The position numbers and the translations under genes are program-made. Below, piece by piece: positions 7,734-17,593 of a stretch of 20,000 bases of DNA (the stretch's first letter is position 1; each line of letters begins with the position of its first letter). The stretch is from Acidimicrobiia bacterium (GTDB taxonomy: Bacteria; Actinomycetota; Acidimicrobiia; Spongiisociales; JAENVV01). The notes beneath the pieces are model-generated. The model made no database searches. It was not told the DNA's origin and saw nothing but the letters and a program-made list of their open reading frames with translations. The DNA lies in the NCBI GenBank assembly GCA_041577335.1, contig JBFGJH010000012.1, positions 46,605-66,604 of the forward strand, read 5' to 3'.

Positions 7734-8543
7734 CTACTCGGCAGCCGTGGAGTAACTGATGATCATGAACGTGCCGCCCTGGTCGTCGTTGACCACGGCC
7801 ATCCTCCCAGCGGCCGAGTCGAACGGTGGAACCGGCACGGATCCGCCGAGCTCCACGATCTTGGCTGCTGCCGCGTCGGTATCGTCGACCTGGAAGTAGA
7901 CCATCCAGTGTGCCGGCAAGTAGTCGGGGAAATTCTCGTCCATCGTCAAGATGCCGCCGGTGTATTTGTCGTCGGCGACATTGGGGACGCCGGTCTTGTC
8001 GATCTCCATCATCCAATACTCGGCCGGCGATCCTTCGAATTCCGAGAATGTCCACCCCATCACGTTGCCCCAGAAGCGCCGCGCGGCAGCCGAGTCTCGG
8101 GTGTTGAGCTCGTTCCAGCTGAGCTGTCCGTTTCCGTTGAACGCGCCTGCGCCGAGGTGGTCGCCCGCTTCCCAAAGCGACGCAACAGCCCCTTCGGGGT
8201 CGGCCACGATGGCCATCTTCCCCGAGGTCATCACCTCCATGGCGGGAACGACAACCGACCCGCCGTTCTCGGTAACCGTCGCCACTGCCTCGGCGACATC
8301 ATCGACGGAGATGTAGGTCTGCCACATCGGTGGGACCCCGGCGTCTTGCGTCCCGGGAGGCATCGGTCCCATGCCGGCCACGTCAACACCGTCTTGGCGG
8401 AACATCGTGTAGATGTAGTTGCCATCGGGGTCGAATTGGTCTTCGGCTTCCCAGCCGAACAACGCCGTATAGAAGGCCTTGCCCGTCTTTGGATCGGGTA
8501 GCGAGATGTCGGTCCACGACATCAACCCATGCGGGTAGGTCAT
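7734..8543 (-). CDS. VOC/glyoxalase-like two-domain protein (CFP32/Rv0577-like)
   Basis: Duplicated VOC module: WTDISLPD..KAFYTALFGW, WQTYISVDD, GKMAIVADPEGA / SWNELNTRD, HWMVYFQVDD, GRMAVVNDDQG. SD AGGAGG. Confidence 0.9.
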   Translation of the reverse strand: MTYPHGLMSWTDISLPDPKTGKAFYTALFGWEAEDQFDPDGNYIYTMFRQDGVDVAGMGPMPPGTQDAGVPPMWQTYISVDDVAEAVATVTENGGSVVVPAMEVMTSGKMAIVADPEGAVASLWEAGDHLGAGAFNGNGQLSWNELNTRDSAAARRFWGNVMGWTFSEFEGSPAEYWMMEIDKTGVPNVADDKYTGGILTMDENFPDYLPAHWMVYFQVDDTDAAAAKIVELGGSVPVPPFDSAAGRMAVVNDDQGGTFMIISYSTAAE

Positions 8544-8615
8544 ACATCCTCCTGACGGTTGGTCACCCGTCCAACCGTACCGCAGGCTCGTGGCACGACG
8601 TCGTAACAGGCCGCC

Positions 8616-9713
8616 CTAGAGGTTCCCTCGCTCGGCCTGGTCGCGCTCGATCGCCTCGAACAGCGCCTTGAAGTTCCCGACCCCAAAGCCGCGGCTTCCG
8701 TGCCGTTCGATGACTTCATAGAAGACCGTTGGACGATCCTGGACGGCCTTGGTGAAGATCTGCAACAGGTAGCCCTCCTCGTCCTGATCCACCAGGATTC
8801 CCAGCTCCGCCAGCTCTGCGAGGTCGGCGTCGATCGTCGACCAGTCGAGACGGTCCCGAAGCTCCTCGTAGTAGGTCTGCGGTGTCCCCAGGAACCGCAC
8901 GCCATTGGCCCGCATCAAGCGCACCGTAGCGACGATGTCGTCGGTGGCCAGAGCCATGTGTTGCACGCCTGGCGACCGGTAGAAGTCGAGAAACTCCTCG
9001 ATCTGGCTCTTCTTCTTGCCGTCGGCCGGCTCGTTGATCGGCAGCTTGATGCGACCCTCGCCGTCCCACAACACCTTGGACATGAGCGCTGTGTAGTCGG
9101 TCGAGATCGCCTCGTCGTCGAAGTGGTGGAGCTGCGTGAACCCCATGATCTGGGCGTAATACCGAGCCCAGTCGTTCATCTTGCCCAGCTCGACATTGCA
9201 CACAACATGGTCCACGTATCGGAGGCCAACCGGGTTGGCTGGGAGCCAATGCTTGGTGGCGCGATAGCCCGGCTTGTAGGGGCCCGAGTAGTTGGAGCGA
9301 TCGACGAACGAGTGAATTGTCTCGCCGTATGCCTTGATGGCCGCCACCACGATCTTGCCGTGCTCATCCTCGGTGACGGTTGGATCGAGATGCGGCACCG
9401 CGCCACGATCAACTGCCACCGTGAACGCCATTTCGGCGTCGGGAACCGAGAACGCAACGTCTTTGACGCCGTCGCCGTGCCGGGCCTGATGCGTGACGAT
9501 CGGGGACTCGGGGCCCAGGCCTGCGGTCACGACAAATCGCAGCTCGCCCTGTTCGAGAACATAGGACGCGCGGTCCCGTACGCCTGTCTCGGGACCGGAG
9601 TAGGCGACGACGTCGAAACCAAACGCGGTCCGGTAGTAGTGGGCCGCTTGGCGGGCGTTGCCGACGTAGAACTCGATGGCGTCGTACCCCATCAATGGCA
9701 TTACGTCAGTCAT
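8616..9713 (-). CDS. hppD: 4-hydroxyphenylpyruvate dioxygenase
   Basis: HGDGVKDVAF, iron ligands in DHVVCNVE, GVQHMAL and FYEVIER, and C-terminus GFGVGNFKALFEAIERDQAERGNL. Confidence 0.97.
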   Translation of the reverse strand: MTDVMPLMGYDAIEFYVGNARQAAHYYRTAFGFDVVAYSGPETGVRDRASYVLEQGELRFVVTAGLGPESPIVTHQARHGDGVKDVAFSVPDAEMAFTVAVDRGAVPHLDPTVTEDEHGKIVVAAIKAYGETIHSFVDRSNYSGPYKPGYRATKHWLPANPVGLRYVDHVVCNVELGKMNDWARYYAQIMGFTQLHHFDDEAISTDYTALMSKVLWDGEGRIKLPINEPADGKKKSQIEEFLDFYRSPGVQHMALATDDIVATVRLMRANGVRFLGTPQTYYEELRDRLDWSTIDADLAELAELGILVDQDEEGYLLQIFTKAVQDRPTVFYEVIERHGSRGFGVGNFKALFEAIERDQAERGNL

Positions 9714-9790
9714 TATCGGCCTTTCGTCGGCAGTGCTCAGGTTCTTTGTACCGCATTGCGCCCGTGTTGTTCAACAGTCAACGCTTCTAT

Positions 9791-9816
9791 TGAGCAAATT
9801 GCTCAGTACACTGAGC
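9791..9816. promoter_or_regulatory. Overlapping palindromes, candidate operator(s) between hppD and the Lrp/AsnC gene
   Basis: TGAGCAA-A-TTGCTCA (9791-9805) and GCTCAGT-AC-ACTGAGC (9801-9816), both with perfect arms. Confidence 0.6.
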
Positions 9817-9822
9817 CGCCAT

Positions 9823-10335
9823 ATGGATCATCCTGGACAAACTGCCTACCGTCTCGATCGGGTGGACGCGGCCATCATCATCGAGATGCGGGCAGAGCCG
9901 CGTATCGGGGTGCTCGAACTGTCACGGCGGATCGGGGTCGCCCGAGGCACCGTCCAGGCACGGCTGGACAAGATGACGGCGGCAGGCGTGATCACGGGAT
10001 TTGGTCCTGATCTCGATCTGCGGGCAATTGGATATCTCGTCACTGCATTCGCCACCATCGAGACGACCATGGGCCAGACGCAATCGGTGGTTGGTCCGCT
10101 CTCGGAGATACCTGAGGTGCTCGAAGTCCATTCCGTCGCCGGCCAAGGGGACCTTCTTGTGCGGCTGGTGGCCAGGTCGAATGACCATCTGATGGAAGTC
10201 CTCGAACAGGTACTGGCAATTCCCGATGTGGCTCGCACCAGCACAGCTATCGCCCTTGCCGCCCAGATCCCGTATCGGACGGCGCAGCTGCTTGCCGCCG
10301 AGTCCCCGACAGCGAGTCCTACTGTTGGCATGTGA
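9823..10335 (+). CDS. Lrp/AsnC family transcriptional regulator (HpdA-like), divergent from hppD
   Basis: LDRVDAAII...ELSRRIGVARGTVQARLDKM HTH and IPEVLEVHSVAGQGDLLVRLVARSNDHL RAM domain. ATG 9823 avoids overlap with hppD. Confidence 0.92.
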   Translation: MDHPGQTAYRLDRVDAAIIIEMRAEPRIGVLELSRRIGVARGTVQARLDKMTAAGVITGFGPDLDLRAIGYLVTAFATIETTMGQTQSVVGPLSEIPEVLEVHSVAGQGDLLVRLVARSNDHLMEVLEQVLAIPDVARTSTAIALAAQIPYRTAQLLAAESPTASPTVGM

Positions 10336-10380
10336 GGGACCCGGTACCGATAATTGCCGGTCATTTCTAGGGTCTTCGAG

Positions 10381-11247
10381 ATGAAGTCGCCAGGCCGGAT
10401 GACAATCTTGGTGCGATCCATCGATCTGCGCTATCGCTCCAACCGTGCCATCGCATTCGTCGCGCTGGTCGCGGGAGTGCTCGGCTTCTTCGGCGCCGGG
10501 CCTGACACCTTCGCGCCCGGGTGGCGAAGCGCAGTTGGCCTCGGCGGAGCTGCCATTCTCGCGTGGGCGTTGGGACGCGAGCTCGATCCGGACGAGCCGA
10601 TCTCCGCCCTCGTCGGTGCCCTGCTGGCGATTGGCATCACCGTCCTACTCGGGCCTGCCGAACTCCTGGTCTACTTCGGGCTGGTCGCTACGGCTCGGAT
10701 ACTGCTTCGATCGGTCGGTCCTCCGCCGACGATCCTCGATATGGCGGCGCTCTCCGTCCTCGGCATCCTGTTGGGCTCCCGGCCCGGTGGCTGGCCCATC
10801 GCTCTCACGCTGGCGTTTGCAATCGCTCGTGATCGCACGTTGCCCGGTGAGCCGGGCCGCTTTGGGCGTCTCACTGCGGTCGTGATTGCGGCAGGGTCGA
10901 CCGGCCTGGCGATCACGTCGGGGGTCGGAATCTGGACCAGCCCGACCGGCCTGCAATGGGGCATCGTGATCGCTGGCTTGGTCGCAGGCAGCCTCATCAG
11001 TCCGATACAGCCACTGTCACCGACCGATGTAGGGGGAATGGTGCTCTTGGGCCGGCGCCTGGCGTCTGCCCGGCGGATCACGATGGCGGGGTTGGTTCTG
11101 ACCGTGGCCTTTTCCGGTGCTGCTGGAGTGGTTGCGGTCGGCGGTGCCTACGGCGTGCTGGTGGCGGTGTTCGCAATTCAGCGGAGGATCCTCCCACTCG
11201 GCACGGGGCCAGAAACACTGGGCCGCGTGGATCAGCGGCCAAAATAG
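10381..11247 (+). CDS. Hypothetical polytopic membrane protein
   Basis: Multiple hydrophobic segments and a LAWALGRELDPD motif. TAGGGT-N7-ATG at 10381 suggests a leaderless start. Confidence 0.7.
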   Translation: MKSPGRMTILVRSIDLRYRSNRAIAFVALVAGVLGFFGAGPDTFAPGWRSAVGLGGAAILAWALGRELDPDEPISALVGALLAIGITVLLGPAELLVYFGLVATARILLRSVGPPPTILDMAALSVLGILLGSRPGGWPIALTLAFAIARDRTLPGEPGRFGRLTAVVIAAGSTGLAITSGVGIWTSPTGLQWGIVIAGLVAGSLISPIQPLSPTDVGGMVLLGRRLASARRITMAGLVLTVAFSGAAGVVAVGGAYGVLVAVFAIQRRILPLGTGPETLGRVDQRPK

Positions 11248-11251
11248 GCAG

Positions 11252-12697
11252 GTGACAGCTAACCAACCCGCCCGCGGTGACCGCTCGGGCTTCGTCGGGT
11301 ACACCGTCGTTGTGTTCGTGATACTCGCGTCCTTGGACAACGCGGCACTGGCCGTTCTTCCCAGCATGCTCATACCGGTCTCTGATGCTTTTGGGGTCCA
11401 GCCGGCGGCTCTCGGTTGGGTAACCGCGGCTGTCATATTCATCACGGCCGTTACCGCCGTCGGGTGGGGGTTCTGGGGCGACCGCGGAAACCGGAAACAC
11501 TTGCTGGTTGCCGGAACCGTGATCTGGGCGACATGCTCGTGGGCTACCGCAGGCGCCGGCAGCCTTCTGGCGTTGGCGATATGGCAGATGCTGATGGCGG
11601 TCGGCCTGGGGACGATTGCATCGGTGGGCTTTTCCGTCATCAGCGACTTCATCGCTCCGGCGAGGCGCGGGTTGGCGATGAGCTTCTGGGGGATCTCGCA
11701 AGGTGCCGGGACTCTGGCCGGCGGCCTCATGGCTAGTCAGCTCGGAGCCGTCGACTGGCAAACACCGTTTCGGTTGATCGGCATCGTTGGCCTGGTGTTC
11801 GCGGGTGTCTATGCGACGACCTTGAACCCTCGCCGGGGACGAGCCGAACCCGAGCTGGCGGGGGTCGAATACGACGAAGTCATCAGTGCTGCCGATATTC
11901 CGCAAATCTTCCGCCGGCGCACCAACGTCTGGCTGATCGTCCAGGGCGTCACCGCCCAGTTGGCGTACGGCAGCCTGATCTGGGTGCCTCTGTTGTACCA
12001 GGCCAAGGTCCTCGAACAGGGCTACGACTCGGTGACAGCCACCCGGGTGGGTGGGATCTACGCCGCCATGTTCCAGGTGGCAGCCGTGTCGTCGATCGCC
12101 GCCGGCTGGCTCGGTGATCGATGGCAGCGGCGCGACCTCCGAGGGCGGGCATTCCTGAGCATGATCGGAGTTCTGGGAGCCATTCCCTTCTTCCTGGCGT
12201 TCTTCTTCGTGCCGCTCAACGGGCTCGATGTCGAGCAAGGAGCGTCCAGCTGGAATCTCGCCCTCCAATCGGTCGGCAACCTCGCGTCGGCACCGCTCGT
12301 CGGCCTCGCTTTCAGCCTGGCGGTTGTCGCGGCGATCCTGACTTCAGCCGACTCACCCAACTGGTTTGCGCTCATTTCCGATGTGAATCTGCCCGAGCAT
12401 CGCGGGACGGTGTTCGGCCTGGGCAACTTCGCCAACGGCATGGGCCGCTTTGCCGGCAACTGGCTGACCGGGATCACTGCTGTCTCATTGATCACGGCGT
12501 TTGCCGCTCCCCTGAACTACGCGGTTGCGCTGGCGGTTTTCCAGGCGGGGTTTCTCCCGACGGGCTATGCGTATTGGAAGGCGAGCACCGTCTGCGTAAT
12601 GGACATCGAATCGGTTCGGTCGACATTGCGAGAACGGGCACGCCGACTCGGTCGTTCGCCGGCGCCCCCGTCGCCGGAGCCCGATGAAGGGAGCTAG
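11252..12697 (+). CDS. MFS transporter
   Basis: About 12 TMs, motif A-like WGFWGDRGNRK and GWLGDRWQRRD, ISDFIAPARRG and ISDVNLPEHRG. The GTG is 4 nt after the upstream stop. Confidence 0.9.
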   Translation: MTANQPARGDRSGFVGYTVVVFVILASLDNAALAVLPSMLIPVSDAFGVQPAALGWVTAAVIFITAVTAVGWGFWGDRGNRKHLLVAGTVIWATCSWATAGAGSLLALAIWQMLMAVGLGTIASVGFSVISDFIAPARRGLAMSFWGISQGAGTLAGGLMASQLGAVDWQTPFRLIGIVGLVFAGVYATTLNPRRGRAEPELAGVEYDEVISAADIPQIFRRRTNVWLIVQGVTAQLAYGSLIWVPLLYQAKVLEQGYDSVTATRVGGIYAAMFQVAAVSSIAAGWLGDRWQRRDLRGRAFLSMIGVLGAIPFFLAFFFVPLNGLDVEQGASSWNLALQSVGNLASAPLVGLAFSLAVVAAILTSADSPNWFALISDVNLPEHRGTVFGLGNFANGMGRFAGNWLTGITAVSLITAFAAPLNYAVALAVFQAGFLPTGYAYWKASTVCVMDIESVRSTLRERARRLGRSPAPPSPEPDEGS

Positions 12698-13179
12698 TCC
12701 CGGAAATTGACGTACTGGAGGGGCAGCCGAAAGTCGAGCTCCTTGAGGTGCGCGATGGCGGCCTGCAAATCGTCGCGCTTCTTGCCCTGGATGCGGAGCT
12801 GGTCGCCCTGAATCTGTACTTGCACCTTGAGCTTGGTGTCTCGGAGCGATTTCGAGAGCTCTTTGGCGGCGTCCTGGGGGATCCCGGCGTTGAGCGAGAA
12901 CGCCGCTCGTGATCGAGCTCCCGCAGCGGGTTTGATCTCTCCGCCGCTGATGGCTTTCAAGGAGATCTTGCGCTTGACGAGCTTGTCCTTGAGGACGTCG
13001 ATGGCTGCCTCGGTTCGACCGTCCGAGGCGGACTCGACCGTGATGGAGTCGTCGGTGAGCTGGATCTCGGTGTCGGTGCCGCGGAAGTCGTAGCGGGTGG
13101 TCGTTTCTCGGCGCGCCTGATCGACCGCGTTTCGAACTTCCTGCATGTCGAGCTCCGAGACAACGTCAAAGGTAGGCAT
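12694..13179 (-). CDS. yajQ: YajQ family nucleotide/c-di-GMP-binding protein
   Basis: MPTFDVVSELDMQEVRNAVDQA..RYDFRG, KVQVQIQGDQLRIQGKKRDDLQ and LPLQYVNFRD. Confidence 0.97.
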   Translation of the reverse strand: MPTFDVVSELDMQEVRNAVDQARRETTTRYDFRGTDTEIQLTDDSITVESASDGRTEAAIDVLKDKLVKRKISLKAISGGEIKPAAGARSRAAFSLNAGIPQDAAKELSKSLRDTKLKVQVQIQGDQLRIQGKKRDDLQAAIAHLKELDFRLPLQYVNFRD

Positions 13180-13191
13180 GCGGCAACGGTA

Positions 13192-13653
13192 TCAGAGGTA
13201 GACCCCACTTTGGTACTCGCCCTCGCCCTCGCCACGCTCGAGTTGGCGGGTGCGGACCTCGGCGAGCTGCGCTTGCGCAGCCAGCTGTTGGGACATGAGG
13301 CTGGCCTGGATTCCGTGGAACAGGCCTTCGAGCCATCCCACCAGCTGAGCCTGGGCGATCCTCAGCTCGGATTCGGTGGGCGCATCGGAAGTCAGCGGCT
13401 GGAAGATCTCCTGGAACTCGTCCCGGAGATCCTCGGACAGCACGCCGGCGAGCTCGGCCAGCGATCGCTCGTGAACCTCCAGGAGGCGCCGGCGCCCGGC
13501 CTCGTCGAGAGGCGCCTGGCGCACCTCATCGAGCATCGCTCGAGTCATGGAGGCAATCCGAATGATCTTGGTCGGTTCGGACACGGCGGGCTCGTCGCCG
13601 GAATCGGCAACCGGGGCGGGGCGCAACGGCTCGGCCGGTTCTTCCTCTTGCAT
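13192..13653 (-). CDS. bpa: Bacterial proteasome activator (Bpa/PafE, DUF2587)
   Basis: PTKIIRIASMTRAMLDEVRQAPLDEAGRRRL, ELRIAQAQLVGWLEGLFHGIQ and a C-terminal HbYX motif GVYL. Confidence 0.95.
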   Translation of the reverse strand: MQEEEPAEPLRPAPVADSGDEPAVSEPTKIIRIASMTRAMLDEVRQAPLDEAGRRRLLEVHERSLAELAGVLSEDLRDEFQEIFQPLTSDAPTESELRIAQAQLVGWLEGLFHGIQASLMSQQLAAQAQLAEVRTRQLERGEGEGEYQSGVYL

Positions 13654-13682
13654 GGAGGGGAGGTTAGCTCACGCCGAATTGA

Positions 13683-14435
13683 TCACCGCCGAGCGGCTCG
13701 CTGAAGCTTCTCGGCGAGCAGCCGCAAGAGGAACTCCTCGTCGCTGCCGGGTCGGTCGGTGATCATCACCTTGGGATACAGATGCCGAGCCAGTTTGGCT
13801 GCCAGCCGTTGGCGGGCGCTTTCAGTCATGTCGGGCCGGCGTTCGAAGTAGCGGCGGACGACGGTGACCTCATCGTCGCTCACCCGCGTCACGTCCCAGG
13901 GCGTCTCCATGGGAAGCCGAACGCCGCTGAGGTAGGAAAGGGTCCCCGTCATCTCCTTGTCGCGTACAACGATGGTTCCCGCCGCCACGTCACCAACACG
14001 CTGATTGAGCTCTGTCGAGCCGATGGCGACCAGGCCGACGCCGTAGAGGAGCGGGAGGAAGTCAACCAGGCGGAAGACGTTGCGGGTGAGGGCCGCGCCC
14101 CAGCCAACCGGCTGCCCGGTGAGCGTGAGTGTCCGAAGGCCGACCGCACTTTTGCCCGGCGTCTGGCCCGACCGCCACACCTCGAACGCGGCTGGGGCCA
14201 CCAAAACGAGGGCGAGCAGTTCCGTGATTGCGAGAGAAACAGCCAAGAAGTCGGAGACACCCAGCAGCGCTGCGCTGAGGACGAGAAAGGAGAGGAACCA
14301 GACGCCGAGGATGATGGTCAGGTCGATGGCGCCTGCCATCGAGCGTGAGGCCAGCCCCGCTAGCGTGAGCTCGATCGCAACCCCTTCCGGTGTCGCGATC
14401 CGGATTCGATCCTCAACCGATGGGGACAACCGCAC
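13683..14435 (-). CDS. RDD family membrane protein
   Basis: IATPEGVAIELTLAGLASR..A..ID, GQTPGK..GLR, RNVFRLVD and QRVGDVAAGTIVVR. Confidence 0.92.
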   Translation of the reverse strand: MRLSPSVEDRIRIATPEGVAIELTLAGLASRSMAGAIDLTIILGVWFLSFLVLSAALLGVSDFLAVSLAITELLALVLVAPAAFEVWRSGQTPGKSAVGLRTLTLTGQPVGWGAALTRNVFRLVDFLPLLYGVGLVAIGSTELNQRVGDVAAGTIVVRDKEMTGTLSYLSGVRLPMETPWDVTRVSDDEVTVVRRYFERRPDMTESARQRLAAKLARHLYPKVMITDRPGSDEEFLLRLLAEKLQRAARR

Positions 14436-14437
14436 AG

Positions 14438-15448
14438 ATGAACCTTAAACGATTCGAAGACGAGCGCAGAGGAGACTGGGAGGCTCTCGAGCGGTTGGCG
14501 TCGATTTCCGACCCGGCCCGGCTGGGTCCCTCCGGAGTTCGCCGTCGGGCGCGCCTCTACCGGAGCGCCGCTGCCGACCTGGCCTACGCTCGCAATCACT
14601 ACCCGCACGATGCGGTCGTCGATGAGCTGGAGCGGGTTGTTTCGATGGCGCGAACCGCCGTGTATGACTCGACAACCGAACGTCCGGGAACGGTTCGGGA
14701 ATACCTCTGGACCGGCTACTGGCAGGACCTGTGGGCTCGTCGCCGGATCCTGGTGGTCACAGCTCTGTTCTTCTTCGGCTCGGTGGCGTTCGGGGCATTT
14801 CTCGCTCAGACGAATCCGGACGGAGCCACCGTTCTGGTTCCGGAGGATTTCCTGTGGATCACCGAGGCGCCAACCACTGATCAGGAACTGGGCGCCCTCG
14901 ATCTCGCCGGCTTCTCTTTGTTCATTCTGACGAACAACATCCGGGTCACGGTGTTTTCCTTCGTGCTCGGCGTCTCGTTCGGAGTGCTCACCGCCGCTCT
15001 CCTCGCCTATAACGGGGTTGTCTTCGGTGCGATCGGAGCGCTGGCCGTCTCTGCCGGCAACGGCGAGGTGGCATGGGAGGCGGTGGTCGGGCACGGGATG
15101 CTCGAGCTGTCGTGCATCGTGGTTGGATCGACGGCGGGGGCCAGCCTCGGTTGGCGGATGCTCAATCGAGGGCACTATCGGCTGGGCGAGGCGCTACGTG
15201 TCGAAGGCTCGACGGCCTTCAAATTGGCACTGGGCACGGCCCCGTGGCTGGTGGTAGCCGGCCTGCTCGAGGGGTTTCTCTCCCGGACCGGAACGGACTG
15301 GGTGCCGGCCACGATCGTCGGGGTCATCGCCGCGGCGGCGTATTGGGGCATGTTTGTGTGGCGGGGTCGCATCCCACCGGAAAGCAGCGTCATCGATCGA
15401 CGTCAGATCACCAGGCCGGTCAAAGTCGAGCCGACGACTTCGCGGTGA
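14438..15448 (+). CDS. Stage II sporulation protein M-like (DUF95) membrane protein
   Basis: MNLKRFEDERRGDWEALE, LYRSAAADLAYAR, ILTNNIRV, HGMLELSCI and AGLLEGFLS. Confidence 0.9.
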   Translation: MNLKRFEDERRGDWEALERLASISDPARLGPSGVRRRARLYRSAAADLAYARNHYPHDAVVDELERVVSMARTAVYDSTTERPGTVREYLWTGYWQDLWARRRILVVTALFFFGSVAFGAFLAQTNPDGATVLVPEDFLWITEAPTTDQELGALDLAGFSLFILTNNIRVTVFSFVLGVSFGVLTAALLAYNGVVFGAIGALAVSAGNGEVAWEAVVGHGMLELSCIVVGSTAGASLGWRMLNRGHYRLGEALRVEGSTAFKLALGTAPWLVVAGLLEGFLSRTGTDWVPATIVGVIAAAAYWGMFVWRGRIPPESSVIDRRQITRPVKVEPTTSR

Positions 15449-16663
15449 GATAGGCGTTGACGCAGCGAGCGCTGAAATGGTGATGATGGGCATCGATGAC
15501 CGCGGCCCCCGCGTGGCGCAACCGCTGCTTGACGAGCGCCCGCTCTTGGCGCACTTCCAAAGCAACTGCCGCACGGTATGTGTCGGCGGCGATGCGTGGC
15601 ATGGTCGCCAGCACCTCGTCGACTCCCGTATCGGTGATGCTGGCCACCACCACGGCATGTCGGCGGACGAGCAGCGGCACCCCCGCAATGAGCGACCGCG
15701 CCGCGGCGAGATCGACGAGGTCCGTGAGGACCAACACGAAAGCCCGCTTCGATGATCCCACCTCGGAAAAAGCCGCGTCGTAGTTGCTGTCATGCTCCGA
15801 TGGCTCCAGGTCGAAGATCGCTCGCACGACGGCGTCTCCGCCGCCCCGCGACGGGCGCACGTTCCTCAGGATGGCTCTGTCGAAAGCGACCACGCCTGCC
15901 CGATCGCCGACTTCGTCGGCGACGAGCGCAACCGCCGTCGCTGCGTCGACGGCCGCATCCAAACGTGTGGCATTGCCCAGCGGTGCGGCCATCAGACGGC
16001 CGGCGTCGATGACGACGATCACTTCACGGTCCTGATCCACCCGAAACTGATTGCTCATCGGACGGCCCGTGCGGGCCGTTGCTCGCCAGTTCACCTGGCG
16101 AATGTCGTCGTCCGGTTGGTAGTCCCGTATCGATTCGAACTCCGTGCCCAACCCTATGCGACCCTGCGCGCGGCTCCCGTCGTCGGATGTTCGTCCGGTA
16201 CGCACCGACATCACCAGCCGGTAGGCCGCCGGCATGTCGGGATAGACCACGACCGACCTGTCGGCGCCGACGCGGTGGCGCGTGGACGCCAGGCCGAGGA
16301 GGCCGGTGCGCCGTACAGCTGGGCTCGGCAGGATGTGGTGTCCCCTGCGCAGCGCAGTGACCGATGTCCTGAGCGTCCCGAGACGTGCCTCTTGGGTCTC
16401 GAGTCGGAGATCGGGCACACTTGGTTGGTAGAGCTCGACGGTGCCGGGGAGCGAGTCGAGGGCGAGCTCGAGGTCAGCAGGCACGCCCCGCGAAAGAAGC
16501 TTGGGAACCCGCTGCACCACTGCGGGCATCTCGCGCACGCTCCACCCGTCGACGGCGGCCGCGACCAAAACAGAGAGAAACAAGACCAGCGGCCACGGGG
16601 CCGGCACGACCAGCGCCGTTGCCGCGGCCAGCGCCAGCAGCACAGCCGTGCGGAGGGTGGGGA

Positions 16664-16667
<4 letters not shown>
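15420..16667 (-). CDS. DUF58 domain / VWA-like MoxR partner protein
   Basis: GTEFESIRDYQPDDDIRQVNWRATAR, VIDAGRLM, GDRAGVVAF and VLTDL. Confidence 0.93.

Positions 16668-17576
<909 letters not shown>

Positions 17577-17593
<17 letters not shown>

Noticed and set aside
7377..10010. Long plus-strand ORFs 7377..8501 and 8700..10010
   Set aside because: They are antisense to the VOC gene and hppD, have no recognisable motifs, and are expected in GC-rich DNA.
11078..12268. 396-aa minus-strand ORF and the MFS extension to 11117
   Set aside because: The ORF is a shadow of the MFS gene. The extension overlaps the upstream gene, and GTG 11252 fits better.
14438..15448. SpoIIM as evidence of sporulation
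   Set aside because: DUF95 proteins are widespread in non-sporulating bacteria within this MoxR cluster.
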